This document shows, piece after piece, positions 9,590-19,949 of a stretch of 20,000 nucleotides of DNA. Origin of the DNA: Vermamoeba vermiformis (taxonomy: Eukaryota); the NCBI GenBank assembly GCA_045837725.1, contig JBEWZL010000205.1:51631-71630 (forward strand). Direction: 5' to 3'. Made by a program: the position numbers and the translations under genes. Numbering within the stretch: position 1 is the first letter of the stretch; each line of letters opens with the position of its first letter. The notes under the pieces were generated by a model, which had not been told where the DNA came from, did no database searches, and saw only the letters and a program-made list of their open reading frames with translations.

Positions 9590-11820
9590 ACACAACTCAG
9601 CTAAAGGTCGTAATAGGTAAGTGTTCTTTATTGTTTTATTATTTATATTGTATTAATTTCTTTAGCTATCTTTACTAATTAATTTTCGTAGATTTTAATG
9701 CGCGCATCGGCTTAACCACGAGCAAAACCGCGTCAAGCCCCCACGCGCTTGGATGACCGCAGTGATGGTAAGTGTTATTTAATTCTCGCGTGAGAATACT
9801 AATTAATTTTATTTGTATTAGATTTTACAACGCATTGAAATTACCTGTGAGCGAGTCCGTGAAAAGCCCTCCGCGCTTTAATGATGAACAGTAACGCAGT
9901 ATTGATGGTAAGTTAATTATTTAATCTAGCGCGAGAATACTAATTAATTTTGTTTGTATTAGATTTTACAACGCGCATTGAAATTACCTGTGAGCGATTC
10001 GTGAAGAGCCCTTCGTGCTTTGATGAATGAACAGTAACGCAGTATTGATGGTAAGTATAATTATTTAATTCTCGCGTGAGAATACTAATTAATTTTGTTT
10101 GTATTAGATTTTACAACGCGCATTGAAATTACCTGTGAGCGAGTCCGTGAAAAGCCCTCCCGCGCTTTAATGAATAAACAGTAACGCAGTATTGATGGTA
10201 AGTTAATTATTTAGTTAATTAGTTAAGCTCGCGCTAGAATACTAATTAATTTTTACAGATTTTAGTACTAAAATGCGCATCGGGTTAGACTTGGCACAAG
10301 CAAGCCCGCACCGAGCTCTCTTTTGGCTCATCCTCTGCACTTCTTGTGCAGCATATGTGAACTATTCATGATGGCTACTCGCGTCTTGTTTCGCTAGAAC
10401 TGCGATTTCCGTGCTCTAGATTTGGTCACTGGCGCATCCGTACCGAGCCTTCCCTGCCTTGGCTCACCCTCTGCGCTTCTTCACAAGGGTCTGCGGTGTA
10501 TCGACGAACTATTCACGGTGACTACACGCGACCTGGGTCGTTGGAGACAGTGCAACACGATCTCCCGCGCATCGGATTTCTCGCTAGCGAATCCGCACCG
10601 AGCCCTCCCTGCCTTGGCTCACCCTCTGTGCTTCATCATAAGGGTGTGCGGTGTGTCGACGAACTATTCATGGTGACTACACGCGTCCTGAGTTGTTGGA
10701 GACAGCGCAACACGATCTCCCGCGCAGCAGATTTGGCAGTAGCGAATCCGTACCGAGCCTTCCCTTGCCTTGGCTCACCTCTGCGCTTCTTCACAAGGGT
10801 CTGCAGTGTGTCGACGAACTATTCATGGTGACTACACGCGTCCTGAGTTGTTGGAGACTGTGCAACACGATCTCCCGCACAGCAGATTTGGCAGTAGCGA
10901 ATCCGTACCGAACCTTCCCTTGCCTTGGCTCACCCTCTGTGCTTCATCACATGGGTGTGCAGTGTGTCGACGAACTATTCATGGTGACCACACGTGTCCT
11001 GAGTTGTTGGAGACTGTGCAACACGATCTCCCACGCATCGGATTTGGCAGTGGCGAATCCGTACCGAGCCTTCCCTTGCCTTGGCTCACCCTCTGTGCTT
11101 CATCACAAGGGTGTGCGGTGTGTCGACGAACTATTCATGGTGACTACACGCGTCCTGAGTTGTTGGAGACAGCGCAACACGATCTCCCGCGCAGCAGATT
11201 TGGCAGTAGCGAATCCGTACCGAACCTTCCCTGCCTTGGCTCACCCCCTGCTCTTCTTCGCAGGGTCTGCAGCGTGTTTACGAACTATTCGCGAAGGCTG
11301 TATGCGTTTTGGGGTCGCCGAAGTTCGAAGTAATGCGATCTCCTGTGGTTGGATTTAATCTCGAGCTAATCTGCACTGCGCTCTCTTCTGTCTTGGCTCA
11401 CCCTCTGCTTTAATGCCCGGCATCTGTACGTTCGTGGTGGTTAGGTGCGCGTTGCATCGCTGGGGACGAAGCAACACGATCTCCCACGCAGCAGATTTGT
11501 CACGAGCGAATCTGCACCGAGCCCTCCTTTGTCTTTGGCTTACCCTCCGCACTTCGTCGCAGGGTCTGCAGCGCCTTTACGAATTATTCATGGTAGACAC
11601 ACTGGATACTCGCAACACAATCGAGCACATCTCGGATGTAATGCGCAACGAGGCTCGCACTGAGTTCCAGATGCGTTACACGATTGCCGCAGGTCACTTC
11701 AAAGCCTGCAGCATCTTCATGAGCTATTCGTGATAGTTACAACATGGATGTTGAGACAAATGCAACGTGTGTAGTTCAGGATCTTGTTAATGTTGTTAAT
11801 AAAATGTAAAATAAATGTAT
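9590..11820 (+). ncRNA. Putative spliced long non-coding RNA built from tandem repeat units
   Basis: Five consensus introns (GTAAGT...CTAAT...YAG) at 9617-9691, 9768-9821, 9908-9962, 10051-10107 and 10198-10258. The internal exons checked (9692-9767, 9822-9907) have stops in all three frames. AATAAA motifs near 11798-11815. Transcript ends are approximate. Confidence 0.55.
10270..11770. repeat. ~155-bp tandem satellite (~10 units, central 5-6 nearly identical)
   Basis: Marker GAACTATTC at 10359, 10506, 10661, 10816, 10972, 11128 and 11282 (periods 147, 155, 155, 156, 156, 154), with degenerate copies near 11430, 11581 and 11721. Confidence 0.95.
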
Positions 11821-11892
11821 TAGTTTATTTGTTAGCTACTGGCTAGTAAGAGCTAGCAATTTAATAAAAGTCCGTTAGGATTTAGATTTTCA

Positions 11893-11938
11893 GGCCACAT
11901 TTTTTGGGTCACATTTTTTGGGTCACATTTTCCTGGCA
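11893..11938 (-). repeat. Three (CC)AAAAAATGTG-type A-tract units at ~15 bp period, upstream of the 800-aa gene
   Basis: Plus strand gccacatttttttgggtcacattttttgggtcacattttcctgg. Confidence 0.75.
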
Positions 11939-12005
11939 ATTTTTATTGTTTGCCTTGAACCTTATCCAATTTTGATTTCTAGTCGTTACAGAACTCTTCA
12001 AAGGT

Positions 12006-14813
12006 ATGTCTTTATTACAAAAATTAGAGGCAAATCTAGACAAAATTCTAAAAGAAAATGTCTCGTCGGGAGACTTCAAATTGCCCAATTTTAAGCAAAA
12101 TTTGAATTTCTTTTTAGATTACATTACCAAAAAATTTCCCTGTTTTGCCGATCAACCCCAGAAAGAAATATCTGGGTTGATTAAGGGCAAAATTGCTGCT
12201 ATTAACCCAACAGGATTTGTATCTGATGGTCAATTGCCAACTCCAAATGCAAAGCGTATCTGGGTAACGGCCTTTTATTCTCATCTCTTGCTTGGTAAAT
12301 CTTTTTCTTCACAGGAAAGTGTCCAAGATTGGGTAGCAGAAACATGGCCGGATCTCCAAGTACCTGTCCAGGCTTTCCAAGCAGCTTATATTTTGTTGAG
12401 CGAGTACTCTGATTCTCCACCAAGAGGTGCCAGAACCTCCAAGAGGAATGCTAGTTCTGGTGTGCAATTAGAAGTAAGACCTTGCAAATTCCAGCTATCA
12501 GCGATTAATAGCTTTGTTTTGTTGCTTAGGCGGGAGCTGCTGAAATTTCTGCTTCAATGGACTCAACCTCAAGAGATTCTGACGAGGAAGAGGAATCAGA
12601 CATAAGTCCTGGGCCTATCAAGGGTGCTCTCAGGCAAAATCCAAAGAGAGTGCAAAAGCTCAACCTGGATGAAAAGTTAGCGGATGATTCCAGTGTAGAT
12701 GAAGCTGAAATTGGGACTGGCAGTGATGTTGTTGTGAGTGATGACAGTAGGTCCCAGGGGCATGATAGCGACTCTCAACATGATGCCGAGCTAGAATCCG
12801 AGTTTAGCAATGATGATGTGATAAGTACTGAAACTGTCCAGCCCCCAGTACTGGATGAACATGAAGGAAATGCTCTAGAGCTGCTTGCCTGTTCAGCTTT
12901 GGATTTTCCCTCTGAAAGTAAGCAAAAACTAGCTACCATTGATTGATAGCTGATTTACTTTTGCAGATGACCCCGATGTCAGCAATAGTGTTACTTTTGC
13001 AACAAAAGCTTCAAGCCAACTTTCCAAAGCCAGTGTGAGGCAGGCTAGTGTTAAGCCAAAGGAAAATATTGGGTCACACGTCAACACAACAGAAAATGAG
13101 ACCGTGGCTACTGTCACAGCAGACTTGCCAAAACAACAGTCTTGTACACCTCAAAGTAAGCAAAAATGAGCTACCACAAGCCAATAGCTAATTATTTTAC
13201 AGGTTTGAGTCCTACTGTTGCAAATATTGTTAGTATGCTGATGGCTAAGGCATCAACAGGTTAGCTTACCATTACAATGTCTAATTAACGCCATTAACAA
13301 TATTGAAAACAGATCCTGAAAAACTTGGTGTACTGTGTGTGGCATACTTATCTGCAGTTCACTCATCTATGGTTGTCGAAGATAACAAATTGATTGCAGT
13401 GCGAGTGAATAATGAAACATGTAAGTGCCTCTATCTTTCCTATATTTTACAAACATTTTCTTACATTTAAAGCATAGTCAAATTCAAAAAGGGCATCCAT
13501 ATTGATGTGGAAGTAAGATGGTCTGACGAGTCTTCAAGCTCTTCGGAAGAAAGTTCCAAAAGTTCTAGAGAAATGAGATCTTCCAAAAGTTCTAAAGAAA
13601 AGAGGTCCAAACACAAGATACAAGAAGAAAGATCACAAAGTTCTACAGAAATGAAGTCTAGATCTAAGACACAGCATGGTGTTAAGGACAAAAAGAATGA
13701 TTCAATGGAGGTTTCTGAAGGCTCAAGTTTGCAATCAACTAATGCCATCGAGCCACAAAAAGAGTCAATCACATCTCAAGCCTCTGGTGCAGTAACCTGT
13801 GATAGTGCCCAAAAAAGTGGTTTGCAATCGAAGAAAAGAAAATCTGGAAGCATTGCTGAAGATGAATTGCCTAGCCCTTTAGACAATTCAAGACCTCAAG
13901 GATTTGCTGCATTAATCAGAGAGCTTGGCCTTGAAGGTAAGTTGCAGCCAACCAATTGACATTTTCTTACAATTTTTGTAGAAAAAACAATGGCGTTCTT
14001 GGAAAGACTCATCAAAAAGAATTACATCAATGAGGGCCTTTTCCAAACTTTTTCGACAGCAGCCCAAAGTGTAGTGCACAAGCCAGTAGAAATATTGTGT
14101 CCTACAGTGGACTACATGCCTAAACAGTTTTTGCAAACCTGGTTTGATCCTTCTTTGGGAAGTGTGAACAAAGATGAACTATTGGTTTGGATGGCCTCGA
14201 GCATGGAGACAATCTGTCCAACATACCTGAGCATCACGGTATGCAAAAACAAGCTATAAACTCATGATAGCTGATAATTTTGAATAGGTTTATGTAAAGC
14301 TAATGGTTTTTGTGCTGGCAACTGTTCTTCGGGCATGGTCAATGACTATTCAGACTGAGCTCCAAAATTCCTCAGAGTATGCTTCAACTCCAAATGCTGC
14401 ATCCATTGCATCCAAGACAAACGAGCAGTTACTGCAAAGGCTCGCAAAACATCCTCAGTTTGAGAAGCTGTGCAATATGGATTTGTTTCCTAGGAACTTT
14501 TACAAAACAACAACGCCAAAACAAACTTTTAGAACGTAAGTGCACATCAAAATGGCATTATTTCTAAGATGTTTTCATTTTTAGGTGTAAAAGTGAAATG
14601 CTCAAATTCTTGGAGCTTTGTCGCTTAGTACCTGCTTTATTGTTTTGTGAGTTGCCATATTCTTCAATCATCAGGCACTCTCCCACATTCACAGAGTTTG
14701 AAAAGGGTTGGACCATCTTAAAGAAGGATGTCCGTGCAAAGGACTTTTTACACCTGGCATATTTCACTGAAATTCCTATGCCAGTAGCCATTCCAAGCTA
14801 TTTACTTCAATAG
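12006..14813 (+). CDS. Hypothetical ~800-aa protein with long acidic and Ser/Lys-rich disordered regions, 9 exons
   Basis: Exons 12006-12473, 12530-12917, 12967-13155, 13203-13259, 13313-13420, 13478-13936, 13982-14238, 14288-14535 and 14585-14813 splice in frame with GT-AG introns. No family recognised; KKRK is a possible nuclear localisation signal. Confidence 0.85.
12486..12520. promoter_or_regulatory. 35-bp palindromic site in intron 12474-12529
   Basis: AAATTCCAGCTA-tcagcgattaa-TAGCTTTGTTTT. Confidence 0.7.
12924..12958. promoter_or_regulatory. 35-bp palindromic site in intron 12918-12966
   Basis: AAAAACTAGCTA-ccattgattga-TAGCTGATTTAC. Confidence 0.75.
13162..13196. promoter_or_regulatory. 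35-bp palindromic site in intron 13156-13202
   Basis: AAAAATGAGCTA-ccacaagccaa-TAGCTAATTATT. Confidence 0.75.
14245..14279. promoter_or_regulatory. 35-bp palindromic site in intron 14239-14287
   Basis: AAAAACAAGCTA-taaactcatga-TAGCTGATAATT. Confidence 0.75.
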
Positions 14814-14897
14814 ATTTTTTTCTCCCGACGAGTTTTTTTTCGATCTGTTGAGTAATTTCAAGTAGTTTATTCTACTAAATAAATTGTATTTGTAGTC

Positions 14898-17800
14898 ATG
14901 GACTCGGCTGGTTATCTCAACCATATATCTTCAGATCTTTATGCTGATCCTTATGCGGACTCCTTCAATGATTTTTCCTCAGACTTGGCTCCACACTATA
15001 TGGATGAACTTGAAAGTCTTGATTTGGAAGACCGAATGGATGTTGGGTCAGTTTTAACCCCAGTGCATGAAACAGCCCCAGTAAGTTATTGACATTCATT
15101 GTACAGTAAAAAATGTTTAATTTTGTTGAAAGGAGTTGTGGAGTTTGGAACAATACAAGTCTGCACACCCACAAACTGTGTTGTTTGTTCAAGACTTTTG
15201 TAAGCTGTCGGCAGAAGACCAAAGGAAAGTTATTTACAAACTTGAAAAGTATGTAATCATTACACTACATGTTTATTTACTGAGTTTTGTCTTTAGTTTC
15301 GATGAAAACGCTTCAAAGTGTGCTGAGCTGCCAAGACATCTGGCATCTGCTTTGAAAAAGAGCATAGATAGATTACAACCTGCTTCTGTATACACTAGTC
15401 AGTTAATGGAAGCAGTTAGAGTTGTGTCGACAAAGTCTCTTCCTGTCATTGGGGACCAGTCACCGCTAAAGCACTCAATTCTTCAAAAACACAAACAAAT
15501 TCCATGGCACGAGTGGATAAACAGTCCAGTCATGTACTCTCTAGACAATGTTGAGCCAAATCTTGGAGAAAACAACTTTAACACAACTATTGACATTGAT
15601 GCAACCATCGTCCACTCGAATACCTTGCATGTCATGAAACAAGGGTTCAGATTGTTTAGCAACCCAAGGTATCACCACCAAGCTGCAAAGATTAAGCATG
15701 CATACAAGGGAAAGTCTTTACATCGAGTAGTGCATGTTGAGATTGGGTAAGAAAACAATACTAAATCTATACATTAATAATCAATTTTCAGTGAGTTGGC
15801 TGGCAAATACAAAGTATATGCATGCTTTACCAACTTTCCTTCTTGGTACAACAAACAGGCAGATCTTGTACGAAAGTTTTATGAGTGCGTATTGAAAGGT
15901 ATGCAAAAATTAGCTATAGCTCATTCGTATCCAGTTTTTAACAATGAAATCTTTAGGAATCAAGCATGGTCCTCAATCAGGACAGGTTGGAATTTTCAAA
16001 GATATAGATCAGTACCTGAGCGCTACATCCTTTGCAGACCGTCAGCATATTGATATCCAACCAGATTCTTTCAAGTTCATTGAGAATTCTATATCACAGT
16101 TCAAATATGACGAGAAAAAGTAGGGTATTAATTCAATTTACTATGCTAACAAGATTTTAGAGTGGATGTATGTTACTCTTTCCAATACTTTGGAGCAAAA
16201 GAGGTTGTTACTCCAACTGGTTTTAAAGCTCACATGGATTTAATTGGGTCAATATTTGACATTGCAGGCATTGTTGATCCTTCAAACAAAATGCTTGATG
16301 ATACAGTTTATATTCAAGATCTAGCTCTTACAATCAGGTATCTTGCTCTCAACAATTGGAATTCTTATACTGATTTCATGTATTAGTCCTGTTAAAGAAC
16401 AACGCCATAAAATTGCGTTGCTATGGAACCCAGAATTCCTAGGGTCATTAGGCAAGCAGGATTCATCCCCTTTAAAAAGATTACTGAAGGCAAATGAACG
16501 AAGTGAACAGCCTACAAAAGAAGTTTACCCAAAGGGCTCTACAATTCTTTATCCAAATTTGGGAATGGGTCAAATTACCAGTTGTATGGTCGATTGGTCT
16601 TCAACAAAGGGTGCTATTAGAGAAATCAAAGGATACTGCTCAGTGAGCAAAATTTGGCGCTTAAATGCTCCGTATGAAGATACTTGCTACTCTGTAGCCG
16701 CTCTACCTCTGGCTCCAATGTTGAGCAATTCTGATATAGATGACCATGTGTGGAAAGCTCTTGATGACCGGTGCGTTGTCATTAACTTGTTTATTGTTTC
16801 CATTGCTAATTAGATTTAGTGTTCACAAAATAATTGCTTCATTTGAAAAGCACTTGGAAAATGAAAAGATCTACAACATCTGCCAGGCTCTTCAAGAAAC
16901 AACAGCTGGCGTCAGACTAGAAATAAGTTTCCAAAATCTTGGGTCTGAGCGACTACAGCAAGCTTATAAAGAGCTGGAAGAGTTATCACAGTCCATTCTC
17001 AAAACTCACTTGGGATTGCAAACTCTGTACCAACAAGAGTACATTCCATTGGAGAGCATGCGATTTAGTCCTTTGCAAATAGTTACTACTTGCTCTGTAA
17101 CAGCTCTAACTGAATTCCAAGCAAAGTCGATGAACTGCATGTTTGAAAAAATTCTCGAGCAGGTTATCAAAGGTAAAAACAAGCTACCGAGTGATCATAG
17201 CTAATTTTTGTATAGAAGGAACAAACAACACTAGCATAGATACGGTAAATGCCCTTGCTGTTCTGGAGGATGTATGTACATGACACGAATTCAAAATCTG
17301 TGTTATTAATTTGAATGGTCTGCTCTACAGCTACAGAAATTGTTGTGGTCTGGTAGTATTCCTACTCTTCATAATCCTTCGCTATTCAAAGCATATAATG
17401 TAATTGGTTGGATCAACAAGTACAATAGAGTGTATCTACCGCCATCAGTGTTCCGTTACAACCATCAGTCTCCTGCTAAGAGCTCCTGCATTTTGAAGTC
17501 TTTGGTTAATACTGTTGATGATACAGAAGGGGCGGACCCAGAAGTGTTTCGTACAGGATTAATGGCTCCTAATTTAGCAATCACAAATAGATTCTTATAC
17601 CAAGCATTTGGGGAGAACAGCAAAAAAGTAGCAGAAGTGTGCAAGACAATCAACGACATGGTGATTGTGAAGTTGAATGGCCAATCAAAATTGCTACAGC
17701 CAACTTATCTTTCGCAAACAATGATCATTGCCACAAATTTGCTGAACAAGCTGTTTGAATGCTTGTTGTCTGAAATGGCCATTCCAAGCACTCAACATCA

Positions 17801-18721
17801 CAAAGTCTTTCAGCTGCTTCGAAATGAGCTACCTTATGAAATTGCAAACGCTAGATCCAATGCCAAAATTACAACAATCAAGGGCTTTGTACGCAACTGC
17901 TTTCCTTTAGACAATCCTGCTGCATCCATTGAAAAGCAACCGTTCTTTGCACTTTGGGTGGAAACTGTTGCATCGTTGAACCATGTCAATAAGTATGTAA
18001 AAACAAGCTATCAAGTAGCGGTAGCTAATTTTTGCACAGGAGCATGCATTTTGCAGCATATTGCGATGTAAAAGAAAAGAATGGAGTGGGCTATCCAGTA
18101 AACAAGACGATATATGCAGAGGATATCCAAAAACAAATGATTATTGTGTTGTTCAACAGTGAAATACGATGGCTACCATCTCTTGGGTCCAATTCATTGG
18201 TGCTCAAGGATAAGGCTGGCAAGTTTGTTTTGGACAAGGTGGCTCTGCAATTCAAGTCAAGCATATTTCCTGATTGCAAAATGACTGCAAAAGATGGAGA
18301 ATTGCTTCCTCATCCAGTTGATGGATCCTTCATCCACATGCTTGCTGTGCAGGTTGGAACTCTCGCTGCAAAAAAGAGAGAAGCTGAGGTTGCTGCTTAC
18401 AAACAGGCAAATCCAGATTATAACAAGCCCAGAGTTATTCGAACAGGTGCGATTAGCAAAGTGTCCACTTACAATGCACAAACAGTGAAGTATAGCGCTG
18501 CTGAGATTATTGGACAGTTGTTATTTCAGTACTTCCACATGCCAGTGCATGAACAGATGCCCGCATCCGAAGCTGAAAAGTACAAAACATCTGTTAATAC
18601 ACACAACTCCTCAAAAAAGGCCATTGTTGCTACCAAGATGCTTCGAGAAGCTACACATGGACGTGGATACCAGCGACTTTCTCTTGATGATTTGTGGAGA
18701 TTGCACATAAGTTTGAAGTAG
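14898..18721 (+). CDS. Large hypothetical protein, ~1112 aa, 11 exons
   Basis: Exons 14898-15080, 15133-15248, 15297-15746, 15792-15898, 15957-16119, 16161-16337, 16387-16770, 16814-17172, 17216-17271, 17331-17992 and 18040-18721 join in frame. Globular-looking core with motifs IDID, LHRVVHVEIG, YFGAKE, QDLALTI, KGYCSVSK and GVRLEISF. Confidence 0.85.
15905..15939. promoter_or_regulatory. 35-bp palindromic site in intron 15899-15956
   Basis: AAAAATTAGCTA-tagctcattcg-TATCCAGTTTTT. Confidence 0.7.
17175..17209. promoter_or_regulatory. 35-bp palindromic site in intron 17173-17215
   Basis: AAAAACAAGCTA-ccgagtgatca-TAGCTAATTTTT. Confidence 0.8.
17999..18033. promoter_or_regulatory. 35-bp palindromic site in intron 17993-18039
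   Basis: AAAAACAAGCTA-tcaagtagcgg-TAGCTAATTTTT; arms identical to the 17175 copy, spacer different. Confidence 0.8.
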
Positions 18722-19399
18722 GAGGATGGTTTTTAGCTGCCATGGGAATCTATAACTGAATGCATATCTTTTTCTTATTAATTAATAAACAATTACATCT
18801 ACTACACTTTGGTATCTCTTCCTTTGAGTGTACGCAGAGACTACAATAGTGACCTCCTAATCAGTGCCTAATCACAATAACAATTAATATGTGTAGGACA
18901 ATAGATGCGTGTTGGAGTTGCTTAACGGTATCCTCGATCTAAGTCAGCACCAAGGTCTGCTCCTTTTTGGAATTTGTCCAAGCTAGATCTAGAGCAGGAT
19001 CTCAACTTCTCCAAATTAGAATCAACTCATATATTATCCATAGCATATTTATATCAATTTGTATTGATTCATGCCATGTCCACAAAGATTAGATGTTTTC
19101 CAACTTTGACACATCCGGCTAGCAACCAGATCTTGTAGCCATGATCTCATATTGATGAATCTCTTTCATATTCTTGTGTTACTCTATTTATACGTATTTA
19201 GTGTAATAGTGGCATCTTGTTCTGACAGTTGGTGCATGGTTGTAAGATTTGTATCCCTTATCAAGTACGTGATAACTTCAAGTGTGGACTGAAAACCAAG
19301 CCAAATTAATCAGAAACATATCAGAACATTATCTAAACGGTGGATCTGATAGTTTTAAGTTGGAATGTCAATTCAAGCATGGGTAAAAGTAGGCACCCT

Positions 19400-19870
19400 G
19401 AATGAAGGACTAAGTTAAAGCCCCAAAGTTGGGATTTGACATCAGACTCACTGTTAAATCCATGATTTCATAGTGAATATGAAGACTATTAACAGATCCG
19501 AGTAGAACTCAGCTTGATCCAGTGCCTGGAGGTGAGTCAGCACCAAGAGCAAAGACTCAAAGTTGGGAAACACTTTGGAATAGGTGTTCCATTGATGGAT
19601 CATAGCTAATAACAGTAAAGTAGCAGATCTATTTTGAAGTCAGTTCAACGTGATCCCTTGATTTGATTCAGCTCCAAGAATCAAATAAAGGTTGGGATTT
19701 AACTTGGGAATCAGTGTTTAATCAATGAATCATAGCAAATCTAAGTAAAATAATAGATCTGTGGTGAAGTTAACTCAATTTGATCCCTGGATCTTAGTTA
19801 ACAACCAAGGTCTGTGGCTTGGTAAAATCCAAGTAAAGTTTTTATCTGCAATCCCAAAGTTTGATGCATG
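19400..19870. repeat. Degenerate ~130-bp tandem repeat (3-4 copies), subtelomere-like
   Basis: Recurring landmarks at ~130-bp spacing: AARGTTGGGA (19425, 19559, 19688), CATAG (19469, 19601, 19731), AGATC (~19494, 19625, 19755) and CCAAG (~19543, 19675, 19806). Confidence 0.7.
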
Positions 19871-19949
19871 TGTGGGTAGGGCTTGAAAAGGCCTTCAAAG
19901 TGGTACCAGTCTTGCCTCTGTAGCTGTCCTAGTAAGGGAGAAAATCGAG

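Noticed and set aside
10422-11733. Long repeat ORFs (187-235 aa) in the 155-bp satellite
   Set aside because: Units of 154, 155 and 156 bp shift the frame, several frames are open at once, and no domain is recognisable.
19117-19140. GGCTA...TAGCC inverted pair as another palindromic site
   Set aside because: Spacer is 14 bp rather than 11 and the A/T-rich outer arms are absent.
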